Assembly (NCBI RefSeq): GCF_006345805.1 | Contig: NC_042999.1 | Coordinates: 101,060,001 to 101,124,000 of the forward strand | DNA length: 64,000 bases | From: Octopus sinensis | Lineage: Eukaryota | Reading direction: 5' to 3' | Part shown: piece after piece, positions 1 through 12,134 of the stretch | Layout of the letters: the number at the start of each line of letters is the position of its first letter | How positions within the stretch are numbered: the stretch's first letter is position 1 | The notes under the pieces: generated by a model | Databases searched by the model: none | Told to the model about the DNA's origin: nothing | What the model saw: only the letters and a program-made list of their open reading frames with translations | Program-made: the position numbers and the translations under genes

Positions 1-220
1 TACCCACAAGGGGCTAAACACAGAGAGGACAAACAAGGACAGATGAATGGATTAAGTCAATTACATTGACCCCAGTGTGTAACTAGTGCTTAATTTATCG
101 ACTCCGAAAAGATGAAAGGTAAAGTCAACCTCGGAGGAATTTGAACTAAAAATGTAACGGCAGACGAAACACTGCAAAGCATTTTGCCCAGCATGCTAAC
201 GTTTCTGCCAGCTTGCTGCC
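1..220 (-). mobile_element. tRNA-derived SINE (family with central GACTTTGCCTTTCATCCTTT-GGGGTCGAT block), partial
   Basis: Reverse complement matches the plus-strand copy at 17086-17300 (head GGCAGCAAGCTG..GTTAGCATG, GTTCAAATTCC B-box, central block). Confidence 0.7.
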
Positions 221-1749
221 ACAGAGACTATACCACTACAGAAACTATGCCAAAACAGATATTGGAGCTCAATGCAGTCCTCTGGCTTGTTGATCCTATT
301 AAACCAACCAACCTTAACCAGCATGGAAGACAGATATTAAATGATAGCACACACACACACACATGTATGCATGCATACATACATATATATGTATACATAC
401 ATACACATATATATGCATGTATGTATTATATATATATATATCATCATCATCATCATTATTTAACATCTGTTTTCTTTGTGACACACACACATACACACAT
501 ATAATGCATGTTTATAAAACATTAACATTTCTTTATGTCTCAGTCAACTGGGCTAGAAAATAAACATTAGTCACACTTCATGACAAAATTATGTGAATCT
601 AAATTCAATGTCCATTTCTCATGCTTGTATAAGTTGAGGTAGTTTGTGGGATAGCTTCCCTCCAACCACTGTCTCTCTTTCTTACACTCTTTCTTACCAC
701 ATTTTTATGAGGACTAACGCTGTCAGATCATTTATAACTATCTTTCCCTAGCCATCAAGTTGCCCAGAATATTCTTCAATTCAATTCGCATCATTCATTT
801 TTTGCTTGTCTTAACCAGTAATCTTTAACATCTTAGATACTTGTTTGGAGTGTTTGCAGTCTTGTCACTCAAATTTTCCTAACATGTCTGCTGGCCACTT
901 AGCCATTGCAAATGATACTGGTATTCCGTTTTTCATGTTCATAAGGTTAATTTCCATTGACATACAGTATCGTATTCTTGACACGTACATCATGCAAACC
1001 GTTCTCTATACAGCATGAAAAAAAAAAAAGAACAATTTTTAGTGAGTTCAAACTAAACCACTAAGCCATTTCTTTTTGTTACTCTTGTCATTGATTAGGT
1101 TACCAAGATACCAACACTTATCAACTACTTTCCATGAACAACCACAACATAGCATTTAAGTCAGAGCAGCTAAGTTGAATCAATGAATTCAGTACAGTTA
1201 CAGGATAAATTCATAGTCAGTTTCACTTATGATTACATGAATACAGTTGATGTAGTTTTCAGTTACCTTTTAGCATAACCATTCATTTATTACTGATTAA
1301 ATATAAAAATCTATTCTCTTAGCAATTGCATTGCCCTTACTTTACAGCTTTTAGTGGTTGATAGACAAGAGCTGTAAATGCTGACTTTTTTATATATAAT
1401 CCAATTTCACTGCATATTAGAATGGGAAATTTAAATTTAACGACTAGCAATCAGATAAGTTTGTGTCCATTAGAAGAGATGAATTCTGACATTTCAGACA
1501 GGAACTTTTCCTTGAAATGCTAGAATTTAATTCTCTTCACAGTGCAAAATTTATTTTTTATTCCTTTACTTGTTTCAGTCACTGAATTATAGCCATGTTG
1601 AGGCACTACTTTAAGGGGTTTAGTTGATTAAATCACCCCTAGTACTTATTTTTAAGTTTGGTACTCCTTCTATTTTCCATTTTATTTTAGTTACAGGGAT
1701 GCAAACAAACCACTACCAGTTGCAAGCAAGGAAACACATATATACACAT

Positions 1750-2145
1750 ATATGGCTGTTCCATATGGGACTACATTACTACCATTTTTTTTTTTACCCC
1801 AGGAGGACATCTCCTCCAGCTGGTTAACAACACAACCTGTGTCCGATATATTAAAAGCAGGGGAGTGAACCCTTACCATCTAAACATGACAAAACCAGGA
1901 GACTAGTCTGGTTCCAGGGTATTTCCCATTGTCAGTACTGGACACCTGTCAGATAGATATGTCAGGTGTTTGTCCTAGCTTGCATTATATAGAAAAATAA
2001 GTAACATTCAGCCACTGATTTTGCCACAAGCAAAGTAGCTAGTTCTAAAATTTCTATAAGAGGTTATGCTATTAACCAGCTGGAAGAGATGTCCCCCTGG
2101 GGTTAAAAAATGGTAGTAACATAATTTCATACAGAACAGCCATAT
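1750..2145. mobile_element. MITE-like element with ~78-bp imperfect terminal inverted repeats
   Basis: 1750-1827 (TATGGCTGTT..CCAGCTGGTTAA) is the reverse complement of 2072-2145; related to the arms of 20663-21272. Confidence 0.55.
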
Positions 2146-2227
2146 TGAAGTGGCAACAAACATTACTTTTCAGTATTGTTACAACTTAGAACTAGCTACT
2201 TTGTTTGAGTGTGTATATATATATATA

Positions 2228-2377
2228 CCAAAATCACTCACAAGGAATGACTTTGGTATAGTTGACTTGGGGCTAGAGTAGAAAACACTCGCCCAGATTC
2301 TGCGGAGTTGGACTGAACTCGAAACTATATGACTGCGAAGTGAAATTCTTAATCACACACTGACCATGCCTGCACCT
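2228..2377 (-). mobile_element. Decayed 5' part of tRNA-head SINE (same family as 7703-8123)
   Basis: Similar to the CACTTGCCCAAG..GGACTGAACC..CTTACCACACAGCC segment of 7703-8123. Confidence 0.55.
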
Positions 2378-3851
2378 GTATCCATTTCTCTCTTTTCCTC
2401 TCTCTTCTTTTCACAATGCAAATTATCATTTATTTCCTCAGACTATTTTTTGTTACCATTTTCCATTGAATTGGTTCATTGTCTTTGACTTGACAATTCC
2501 CCTTGTTAATTGATTTCAGATTCTATTGATTCTGTTTATTAAAGTTTGCATGTTGCATCACTTTTTAAAACTATTTTTTATCAATGGCCTTTTGTTAATG
2601 AATGACTGAATTTCAAAGAATTGCCTTTTAGAAGTTCACTTTATCTGTTATTACTTTATATACTAAAATAGTGATGCCATTTAATGGGGCATTGCAATGT
2701 AAATCACCCATGTTGAAACTCAAAATTCTATACTTGAAATTTCTTAATCGCCTAATTTTAGTTTTTAAAGAAACTAAACATACAGAGGTATATCCAATAT
2801 GCAATCTCTTCCAGAATGTTATATAACCAGAAGGTATATCTGACCCAATACTAAACAAAAAAAAAATGGAAACAGTTTTCTACACGTATGTGGTCAGTAT
2901 TTGAATGTATATATTACTATACACTTCTGTTATAGTTATCAATATCTTTAATAAATTGTGCAGCTACATATTTGTGTGTGTGTAGACATATGTCTATTGT
3001 GTTTCATCTATATGTAATTGATTCCTCTTTCTCATTTTCTTTTGGTGGGGTGGGGTATTCATTATTGTTACTTACTTTGAGAAGCCAACTTCATTTTTCA
3101 AATATCATATCTTCAAAAATCAAAACAAAGGAATTACTTTGCTTAGAAATTAACTGTATATAAAATATTGGAATTTCCTATCTTTAGTAAATTCTGTAAT
3201 ACCAGAGTGAACACACATAATCAATAAAGAAAAACAAACTGAACAAAACTGTGACATGTAATTTTTTGACAATTACATACACTGGATGAAGGAATAGATG
3301 AAAGGTGTATACAACAATACAATTCATATAAAAGTCCCCTAGATAAATCTTGTCCTGAATATTTTCATTGATTTACAGGTTTTTGCAATGAAATCACACC
3401 CAAGCACAGGTTTCAGTCAATACATCGACCCCAAAATTTAGATATAAAATGTAAGAAGATATATCTATCATTACATATACCTATGGTGATAGATTATATA
3501 TCTGTAATAACTAGATGCATAAAAGTATCTATTTATTTATAATTAATAGATACTATGATAAAATGAGTATTTTATTTTAGATACACATTCTATGATAAAA
3601 TACACACAATAAATATCTTGGTATTTTATCTTAGATGCCCATTTTATCAATCAATTTTTATCAAATTGTTTAGTTCACTTATGTTACTTCCCTTTAATGA
3701 GGAGACACAACTAGGAATTTACAGCTGAAAACAATCACAGACTCACCAGTCATACACACACACACACACACACACATATATAAAGTGCATGTATATGAGT
3801 GTATTACTCTAGGCACCAGACATTGCCTAGGAACTGAAACTTAGGTTTTTT

Positions 3852-5767
3852 CGGTTAATATAGGGCGTAACAAATATCAGAAAATCAAAAAAAAAATGTG
3901 TGTAATAGGTGTAAAACAACTTCCTATGAACGAATATGAAAAAAAAAATTCGCGCACGCGAAAGGGGGGTGGGGGAGAGGCCTCGGAAAATTCACATCGG
4001 GAAGTTCCGAAAGCGTCTGAGGGGCTGACCCGGGCACCAAAACAAAAAAAAAATAGTGTAATATGTGTAAAACAACTTGCTCTAAACGAATATGAAAAAA
4101 AAAATGCGCTCTCGAGAAAGAGGGGTGGGGGAGAGGCCTCGGAATATTTATATCGGTTATTTCCGAAAGCGTCTGAACCGGGCACAAAAACAAAAACAAA
4201 AACAGCGTAATAGGTGTAAAACAACTTGCTCTAAACGACTATCATGAAAAAAATGCGCGCTCGCGAAAGGGGGGTGGGGGAGAGGCTTCGGAAATTTCAC
4301 ATCTTCAGTCCACGGCCTTTAAACTAAGAAAAAATAGTGTAATTGGTGTAAAACTACTTGTTCTAAACGAGTATCAAGAACACACACTCACACATGAATC
4401 ATAAACTCCGTATTTCGCAAAAAAAAAAATTAAAGAGAAGAAATTCTGGAAAAAGTGAAGAAATGTTGGATCTCATTCTTGGTTAAAGCTATTTTAAACA
4501 TTAAATTTATGCTTTTCTTTGAAATAGTTCAGATATATGCAATTTTTCTCACTTATTAAGATGCATTTATCAGAAAAAAAGAGACAGAAAAAATTATTAT
4601 TTTGTGTCAATCCTTCCCTAATTATCCTTTATTAATTAGTTTTGGCGTGTATTTTTTTCCCAAATTTATTTTTTCACCTTTACAACACTGTTTAGTAAAG
4701 CAATTAATTATCTTTATAATTTGCATATTTGACTTATTAATCAAAATTCTCTAGATGTAATATATACTAAGTAATGCATCCTTCATTTATGTGTTCCGTT
4801 CTGTATTATGCATGCGTGACTGTTTGTATGTAAGTGTGTTTAACTGTGCACATGAATGTGAATATTAAAGAACATATTTATTTACTATGATTGTTATTTT
4901 CAGAACAAATAAATCTTTTGGCTGTTATGTTATTGATGTTATTATTATTGCTAGTTAAAGGGTGGTGACTTGGCTGAATATTTTGAGTCTTGTAGTATGT
5001 AGTTGTGTTAGTCAATATTCTGAGTTCAAATCCAACTCATTTCTTTATCATCATTATCGATGGACCACTCATTATCATTTTCGTAACATAATTTCTGTAG
5101 TATTTCAAGATGTTTCTGACACGTATTTTGATTCACATGGCGGAGATCCAACATTTCTTCACTTTTTCCAGAATTTCTTCTCTTTAATTTTTTTTTTTTT
5201 TGCGAAATACGGAGTTTATGATTCATGTGTGAGTGTGTGTTCTTGATACTCGTTTAGAACAAGTAGTTTTACACCAATTACACTATTTTTTCTTAGTTTA
5301 AAGGCCGTGGACTGAAGATGTGAAATTTCCGAAGCCTCTCCCCCACCCCCTTTCGCGAGCGCGCATTTTTTTCATGATAGTCGTTTAGAGCAAGTTGTTT
5401 TACACCTATTACGCTGTTTTTGTTTTTGTTTTTGTGCCCGGTTCAGACGCTTTCGGAAATTCCCGATATAAATATTCCGAGGCCTCTCCCCCACCCCTCT
5501 TTCTCGAGAGCGCATTTTTTTTTTCATATTCGTTTAGAGCAAGTTGTTTTACACATATTACACTATTTTTTTTTTGTTTTGGTGCCAGGGTCAGCCCCTC
5601 AGACGCTTTCGGAACTTCCCGATGTGAATTTTCCGAGGCCTCTCCCCCACCCCCCTTTCGTGTGCGCGAATTTTTTTTTTCATATTCGTTCATAGGAAGT
5701 TGTTTTACACCTATTACACACATTTTTTTTTTGATTTTCTGATATTTGTTACGCCCTATATTAACCG
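3852..5767. mobile_element. Non-autonomous foldback DNA transposon: ~625-bp TIRs built of ~140-155-bp subrepeats, ~670-bp AT-rich non-coding core
   Basis: 3852-4474 is the near-perfect reverse complement of 5143-5767 (termini CGGTTAATATAGGGCG / CGCCCTATATTAACCG); about 3.3 subrepeats per arm starting GTAAT(A/T)GGTGTAAAAC; CpGs intact; mirror-image ORFs in the ORF track. Confidence 0.9.
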
Positions 5768-6063
5768 TTTTTTCTTAGGTAAGGGCAAAAGACCCAACCA
5801 AAATGGTAAGCCTGCTGCTGAATATTAGAAGTTAGCAACCATCCTTCTTTTTAGACAAGGCCTGTAGTGCCATATGAGGTTATTTGAAAGTAAAAACTTC
5901 AAAACTTCAAAAGCTAACAGTCATCTTTACAGAACATATTAACAGAACATTTTATAAATATAAACAAATATTTTAAACGTAAAGCAAAAAATATATTATG
6001 TCCTACTTACCATAATATTTGAAATTGCATACTAAGTTTCCAAAGATATTTTTGAATGAGGAG

Positions 6064-6117
<54 letters not shown>

Positions 6118-6136
6118 GCATATAATTATATATATA

Positions 6137-6167
<31 letters not shown>

Positions 6168-6186
6168 CATATATGTATATATATAT

Positions 6187-6300
6187 CTGTAAATGTAATA
6201 TGTGAAAATTATTCGGTAGCCCTGATAAAACTCTCAGTTTCGGATGCCAAGATGGAAATCCATGCCGCCATCTCTTCAGTTATCTGGCCATCGCAAAAAT
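6187..6300 (-). mobile_element. PLE terminal-repeat fragment (family X), next to a (TG)n(TA)n tract and abutting a LINE
   Basis: Homologous to 53775-53872 in the opposite orientation; contains the HHR below. Confidence 0.7.
6224..6284 (-). ncRNA. Type-I hammerhead ribozyme motif, intact core (family X)
   Basis: Minus strand reads GATAA-CTGAAGA-GATGGC[GGCATGGATTTCCATCTT]GGCATC-C-GAAAC-TGAGA-GT-T-TTATC: stem I GATAA/TTATC, CUGANGA and GAAA cores, stem III ACT/AGT, GUU cleavage triplet. Confidence 0.8.
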
Positions 6301-6304
6301 ATAT

Positions 6305-6817
6305 GTGCAATCACAAAAAAGATAGATGGCATGACAGGCCTCGACTATTGGGGTCGACTAGAAAAGCTAAAACTCTATTCTCTCCAACGTCATCTGCATG
6401 ATGTGGAAAATATTCCATCAGCATTGCCCAAATGATGTTGGCATCACCTTTAAGGTACATCCAAGGCTTGGGCCCCGTGCCATCCGCCCAAAACAAAAAT
6501 CGCACTCTCATCTCATAACAACAATACGGCACAATTATTTCACCTCAATTGGCCCCGCTCTCTTTAACATTACACCAAAACACATTAAAACAGAAACTGA
6601 CCCTATAGGGTTCAAGAAGTCTTTGGACAGATTCCTTCAAGAAATCCCGGATAAACCCCCTACACCCGGATATGTCTCTGTAAACAATAACTCTCTACTT
6701 GAGTGGGCCATAGTGCCCAAATTCTGACTTGAAAGACTTCACCAGGTGGTGCTATTAAGTTAGACATGGCCTGGGCCAATAATGGCCGAAACCTATCAAA
6801 GTATCAAAGTATCAAAG

Positions 6818-6818
<1 letters not shown>
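6305..6818 (+). mobile_element. 3' end of a CR1/L2-supergroup LINE (RT C-terminus, 3'UTR, tandem tail)
   Basis: AITKKIDGMTGLDYWGRLEKLKLYSLQR (the YWERL..L.LYSL.RR motif), then ..FKKSLDRFLQEIPDKP; ends in (ATCAAAGT)x3 at 6795-6818. Confidence 0.8.
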
Positions 6819-6861
<43 letters not shown>

Positions 6862-7702
6862 TATTTCCTGATCCTTTTGATATAAATATATAATTATAAA
6901 TAATATTTATATATTTTGTATATAAATTACCTACAAGGTTTTATTTCATACTGGCCATTCAATATAATCATTAACATGATTTTATCCTGAATTCTATTAA
7001 AAATAGATAATAAAATATTTTTGCTCTTGATTGAAATTGCATTTCCTGCGAGGCTATTTCAATAAAAAAAAACACGTGGCTGAAATGAAAATTAAAAATT
7101 TGACTTCATCTTGTGCATAAGCACAGATATTTGTATATGGACATACACCTTTGCTTCATATTGGTATATATAAGTATCTGCGATTATGTTCTTTGAATAT
7201 TGTGCTGAGAATGGGAAATAAGCTCTTTTTATTGCTTTGCCCACCTTTATTTTCATTGTTCACTGTGCACTTGATGATTTATCATATTTATTATCTTTAA
7301 ATGTATATAAATGCATACTCATAGAAACATAGAGGAATGAATATTTCCCACATACAAAATTATACATATGCACAAATACATATGCATAAATACATACATA
7401 CATATATATATATATCCATCTATGTTTAAGCAGGTGTTATATACATAACTATACTTCAGTGATTTTTTTTTCCTTTTTTGTTAAAATTTATATTTAATAG
7501 TTCTTTGTATTTATTTAACAACATTGAAATCCAGTTAGGTTTCATGATTTATTTATGCTTGATATAGGCGAGTTTAGTTTATTATTATATTTGTTATTTG
7601 TAATTCTTTTAATCTATTTTTAGCACCTTTGACACCTACTTTCAGCATGTAGAAGGTTCTTTCCTGATCCTTTATATATATATACATACATACATACATA
7701 CA

Positions 7703-8120
7703 TACTCTTTTATTCTTTACTTTTTTACTTGTTTCAGTCATTTGACTGTGGCCATGCTGGAGCACCGCCTTTAGTCGAGCAAATCGACCCCGGGACTTAT
7801 TCTTTGTAAGCCCAGTATTTATTCTATCGGTCTCTTTTGCTGAACCGCTAAGTGACGGGGACGTAAACACACCAGCATCGGTTGTCAAGCAATGCTAGGG
7901 GGACAAACACAGACACACAAACATATATACATACACACATATATATATATATATATACATATATACGACAGGCTTCTTTCAGTTTCTGTCTACCAAATCC
8001 ACTCACAAGGCATTGGTCGGCCCGGGGCTATAGCAGAAGACACTTGCCCAAGATGCCACGCAGTGGGACTGAACCCAGAACCATGTGGTTGGTAAGCAAG
8101 CTACTTACCACACAGCCACT

Positions 8121-8123
<3 letters not shown>
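7703..8123 (-). mobile_element. Full-length tRNA-derived SINE with internal (TA/CA) microsatellite
   Basis: Minus-strand head TGGCTGTGTGG (A box) / GGTTCAGTCC (B box), then CTTGGGCAAGTGTCTTCT; full-length homolog on + at 47251-47650. Confidence 0.85.
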
Positions 8124-8206
<83 letters not shown>

Positions 8207-8374
8207 CATGGATCAAAACAGCTTGATTCAAATTCTTTGATACCTATGAGTCTCAAGTGTGATGCTAGTCATCAACCATTTTGAATTTGAATGACAGAAG
8301 TTGATTGTTATTATTGTAAGGTGGGCTGCGATTGATCGAGGAAGGATATGCAGTGTCATGGTTTGATGTTGGTA

Positions 8375-8424
<50 letters not shown>

Positions 8425-8434
<10 letters not shown>

Positions 8435-8940
8435 AAAACTGTAGTTGTGTGAGTGTTTGTCTCCTACGATTTAGATTCCTAACTCCTCCCACATTTTGCG
8501 GTGCAGTTTAACCAAATTTGGGTATCTTATAGTCGTGATTCATATCGAGCCCGTCTGGCTATTAGCGCGCATCTACGATGAGTCTACGATTTTAAAAATA
8601 ATTTAACATCATTTTTTATTCCATTTTAATGCATAATTTTTTGTGTGTCGATGGCGGCGGAGTTGGCGTCCACGCTCAAACACCTGCACCTGTGTTTGCT
8701 TCTTCCCCTTCTTCCCTCCCTCGTGAAGCTGTGGGGAAGGGAGTGTAAGGAAATCAACGTCGTAAAGCGTTGTCAAGGAGACCAGCGTTCTTTTAGAACA
8801 ACGACTTCATGGCTTGAAGACACCAAAACAGAAATGGCTAAGAAAGCCCGAATTGGCATCTATAAAGGAAGTAACTCTCTAAAAATGCTTATATAGTTAT
8901 TTCCCTTACAAACCCGAGCAACGCCGGGCGATACTGCTAG
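8425..8940 (+). mobile_element. Non-autonomous Helitron (~515 bp)
   Basis: Starts TATATATATAAAACTGTAGTTGTG in a TA tract; 3' hairpin CCCGAGCAACGCCGGG (8913-8928) followed by CTAG|T at 8937-8941. Confidence 0.75.
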
Positions 8941-10597
8941 TATATATATAAGAATCTGTTGAATTAGGTACTTAAATTGAGGCACCTTACTAGTTCAGTA
9001 TAATTTGCATACTCCAACAAAATTATTTGAATATTGAATATCAAGTCTTCTGCCACAGATATAACAAAAGGAAATAATGTAAATATTTCGGTTTCCTTTA
9101 TTGATGTAAGTTTGTTAAAAAATGGTTTATCCTTTATGTTTGAAGTCTATGCGGTCATCTGACGAGAATGGTTTCTTTCAAATTGATGCAATGTTTTCAT
9201 TAATCAATTAAATGGAACCACTTGAAATGGTGGTAATGATATGACACCTGTACATCTTTGGTATATATATATATATATATATATACACAAAAATAAATAT
9301 ATATATATATACACACACACACATATGTATATGTATGAATGTCATAAATGATAACTTTACTTCAAGGCAAACAAACAGCATTTATAGATGGATAATACAC
9401 ACACACACATACACATGCATGCACACACACATAAACAAATAAATATACACAGATACATACATAGGCTTTTTCACATCATCTGTTAAGGATACTTCATTCT
9501 TAAGGTACTGGTCATTTTGAGATTGTGGTGGAACACTCTTGCCTATGATGTCATGCAGTAAGATAAATATCTAAATCATGTGATGGTTTTAATGAATTAT
9601 TTGACCATATTGTCATACCTGCAACTGGAATATGTTACTCAAATACCTAATCTGCACAGAACATGCATTAATCCAGATGTAATCTTACCATTTCCTGCAA
9701 ACCACACCAGCACTAAATGTCAGAGAACCAGAAACCAAAAGAGGGAGAGAAAACTCAATGAGACCGATCAATCTGCTAGGCATAGGATACAAATCTCCTT
9801 CAAATCATACCCCATGGTCATAATAAAAAAGGGCACATTGAATAGTGTTGTCATAGATATACTATATTTAGAAAACTAAAACACACAGCCACTGATGGAA
9901 TGATTTTGATCATTGGTCTGCTTGATCAGGGCTGGCCTGTGACTAGATAAAAAAAGAAAGGTGCCTTGAATAGATAAAAATCACAAAACACACTAACTTG
10001 TTTTTTTATCACTAGTGTTTCTTGTGAACTGATGTGTGTGCATGTGCGTGTGTGTGCATATGCATGTGTGTGTGTTTGTGTGCGTGTGTGTGCATGCAAT
10101 GTTTTAATGATTCATCGTGTATGTCATAATACTTTTAAATATAAATTACACTGTAAATTTAGGAAAAGTATAGCATTCTATTAGTTCCAAGTGAAAATCA
10201 GTGATGTGTGTGTGTATGAGAGAGATAGAGAGGTGGGGAGGAGACAGACAGAGTCAGAAAGTACTGATAGAAACTAAGTGTAGATTAATATTCTGCTGTA
10301 AAGACTCCACATAAAATTCACAATGTATTTGTATGTCATAATTCATGTGAAATTTATGTGGTATCATTGGAGTAAAATGTTAATCTGCACAAAGTTTCTA
10401 ACTGTAATCTCTCACACACACACAAATGTGACTGGCTTTCATTTGGTATAGCAAAACTAGCAATGCTTTTCCTATATATATCACAGTATGATATATATTT
10501 AAATGTGTTTGAGTTGTGATGCTATGAATCAGATGACATATATACATTTATGAATTTGTTTTGCAAGATTCCTGAAGTGAAATTGTGTGTTGAAATA

Positions 10598-10950
10598 CAC
10601 ATTTCGGGATGGTCATTTTGTTTTCTTTTTTTCCAAATAAACATATGCACCATATATTCATTCTTCACTCGTTTATTATTGGTCTTATTTTATCCTATGT
10701 CAATTGCCTGGAAATCTTTCATCACACACCTGTGACCTCTTTAGCGACTTTTCCATCTTATGTGTCTCCTCCTATTCTGTTTAGTCCTGGACATGTGGGA
10801 AGGAAGGGTCACTGAAGAGATCACAGGTGTGTGACGAAAGTTTTCCAGGCAATGAACATAATATAAAATAAGAACAATAATAAATGAGTAAAGAACAAAT
10901 ATATAGTGTATGTGTTTATTTGGCAAGAAAAAGAAATGACCATCCTGAAA
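10598..10950. mobile_element. Inverted pair of PLE-like terminal repeats (family Y) with an HHR-like core
   Basis: 10598-10760 is roughly 80% reverse complement of 10795-10950; the plus arm has CTGAAGA (10812)-GATCACA/TGTGAC-GAAA (10836); stem I is not convincing; third copy near 37880-38040. Confidence 0.6.
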
Positions 10951-10953
10951 TAT

Positions 10954-10988
<35 letters not shown>

Positions 10989-10989
<1 letters not shown>

Positions 10990-11180
10990 CGGGAAAGTTT
11001 ACGAAAATAAACAAAAGACAAAGGCAGGTGGAGTACAAACAAACAAATGTATTATTAGTATAGCGCTCAGGAATAGAAATAGAAAAAGTCTTTTACGTTT
11101 CGAGCCTACGCTCTTCAACAGAAAGATACACAGAAGAGAAACAAGGAGAGAAAAAAATGTGTGTAAGAGCTAACATTCTG
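10989..11180 (-). mobile_element. PLE-like terminal-repeat fragment (family Z)
   Basis: Carries the HHR variant at 11089-11126; its 3' end runs into the (TA)n tract at 10958-10988 shared with family Y. Confidence 0.55.
11089..11126 (-). ncRNA. Minimal type-I HHR-like motif with non-canonical CUGUUGA core
   Basis: TCTTT-CTGTTGA-A-GAGC[GTAG]GCTC-GAAAC-GTA-AAAGA: perfect 5-bp stem I, 4-bp stem II, loopless palindromic stem III. Confidence 0.65.
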
Positions 11181-11228
11181 GTTTTGTTGAAAAAAGACAT
11201 GCTTTTTCATTCTCCTGAAACAACCAAA

Positions 11229-11602
11229 AAGGGATTGCATAAATCAACGAAAAAATCTGATAAAACTGACAAAAACGTAGAACTTGTTATTTCAAAACGG
11301 GCTACTATAATATATTGATTAAAAAAATGCAATATATTACACTAAAAGTTGAATATAGTACATTAAAGTCAGTGATGCAAGTTAGAGTTATCAAAAAACC
11401 ACATGGATACAAGGGATTGCCTAAATGAATGAAAAGAAATCTGCTAAAACTGACAAAAACGTAGTACTTGTTACTTTGTAACGGTCTACCATAATATATT
11501 GATTTTAAAAAAATGTAATATATTACACTAAAATTTTAATATAGTACATTAAAGTCAGTGACAGAAGCTAGAGTTATCGTCAAAAAACCACATGGTTACA
11601 AG
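11229..11602. repeat. Tandem duplication, two ~185-bp units
   Basis: Units start AAGGGATTGC at 11229 and 11411 and share AAAACTGACAAAAACGTAG..AGTACATTAAAGTCAGTGA..AAAAAACCACATGG. Confidence 0.8.
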
Positions 11603-12134
11603 TTGTACTTTTATTTGCAGCCAAATGTAAGAATCAAAAAAGAATTGTTTTTGAAAGAAAACTTCTTTGTACAAGAACAAGGATTTGGAATTTTACCTCT
11701 TGCGAATAAGTATCCTATTCATTTGTTTATTTTCTTTTATCTTAGGTAACATTTGGGTTATGACTTCATCTTTTTTTACTTTCTGAGAATTCTCACTATA
11801 ATTTTCATTCAACTTTTATTACAGCGACCACTTCACTTTCATTCTATTTGAAAACTAGAAATCATTATGAAACCCCTTTCTATCATTTCTTTTTTTTTCA
11901 CATTATCTCTTTAGAATTATAAATCCTATTTAGAATCATAAATTTTGTTTTTCGTTTTCCTACACATCTTCGTTACCTGCACCCACTCTCTCTTTCATAC
12001 CTACCTCTTCCTCTCTCCCTCCCTTACATATATTCCCCCCTTTGCGATCCTCTCTCCCTCCCTTTATCTCTCTTTACACCTACCTCTTTCTCTCTCTTTT
12101 CTATATCTTTTTTTTCTACATCTATTTTCTATAT

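Noticed and set aside
184-563. ORFs rich in YI/HT/CV/ER/KERK repeats here and throughout (e.g. 13602-13936, 29578-29970, 32876-33166, 36587-36955)
   Set aside because: They are translations of (TA)n, (CA)n, (GA)n and (GAAA)n microsatellites with no protein motif or splice context.
3900-4380. Regularly spaced repeats resembling a CRISPR array
   Set aside because: Whole units including the would-be spacers are homologous, the context is eukaryotic, and there are no cas genes.
5308-5330. GGA-CTGAAGA-TGT-GAAA-TTTCC inside the TIR
   Set aside because: There is no stem II, and it is a variant of the subrepeat sequence CGATGTGAATTTTCC.
3877-5742. Mirror-image 91-115 aa ORFs
   Set aside because: They arise from the stop-poor subrepeats of the foldback TIRs and show no domain similarity.
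3845-5778. GT..AG bracketing of the foldback element (CTTAG|GT at both ends), suggesting an introner
   Set aside because: It is on the plus strand while the only host gene is minus, and the flanks have stops in all frames; it follows trivially from the CTTAGGT repeat.
6772-6794. GGCC-AATAAT-GGCC-GAAAC at the LINE 3' end
   Set aside because: No CUGANGA upstream; more likely the LINE 3' recognition stem-loop.
9159-9200. CTGACGAG motif
   Set aside because: No stem II or GAAA follows.
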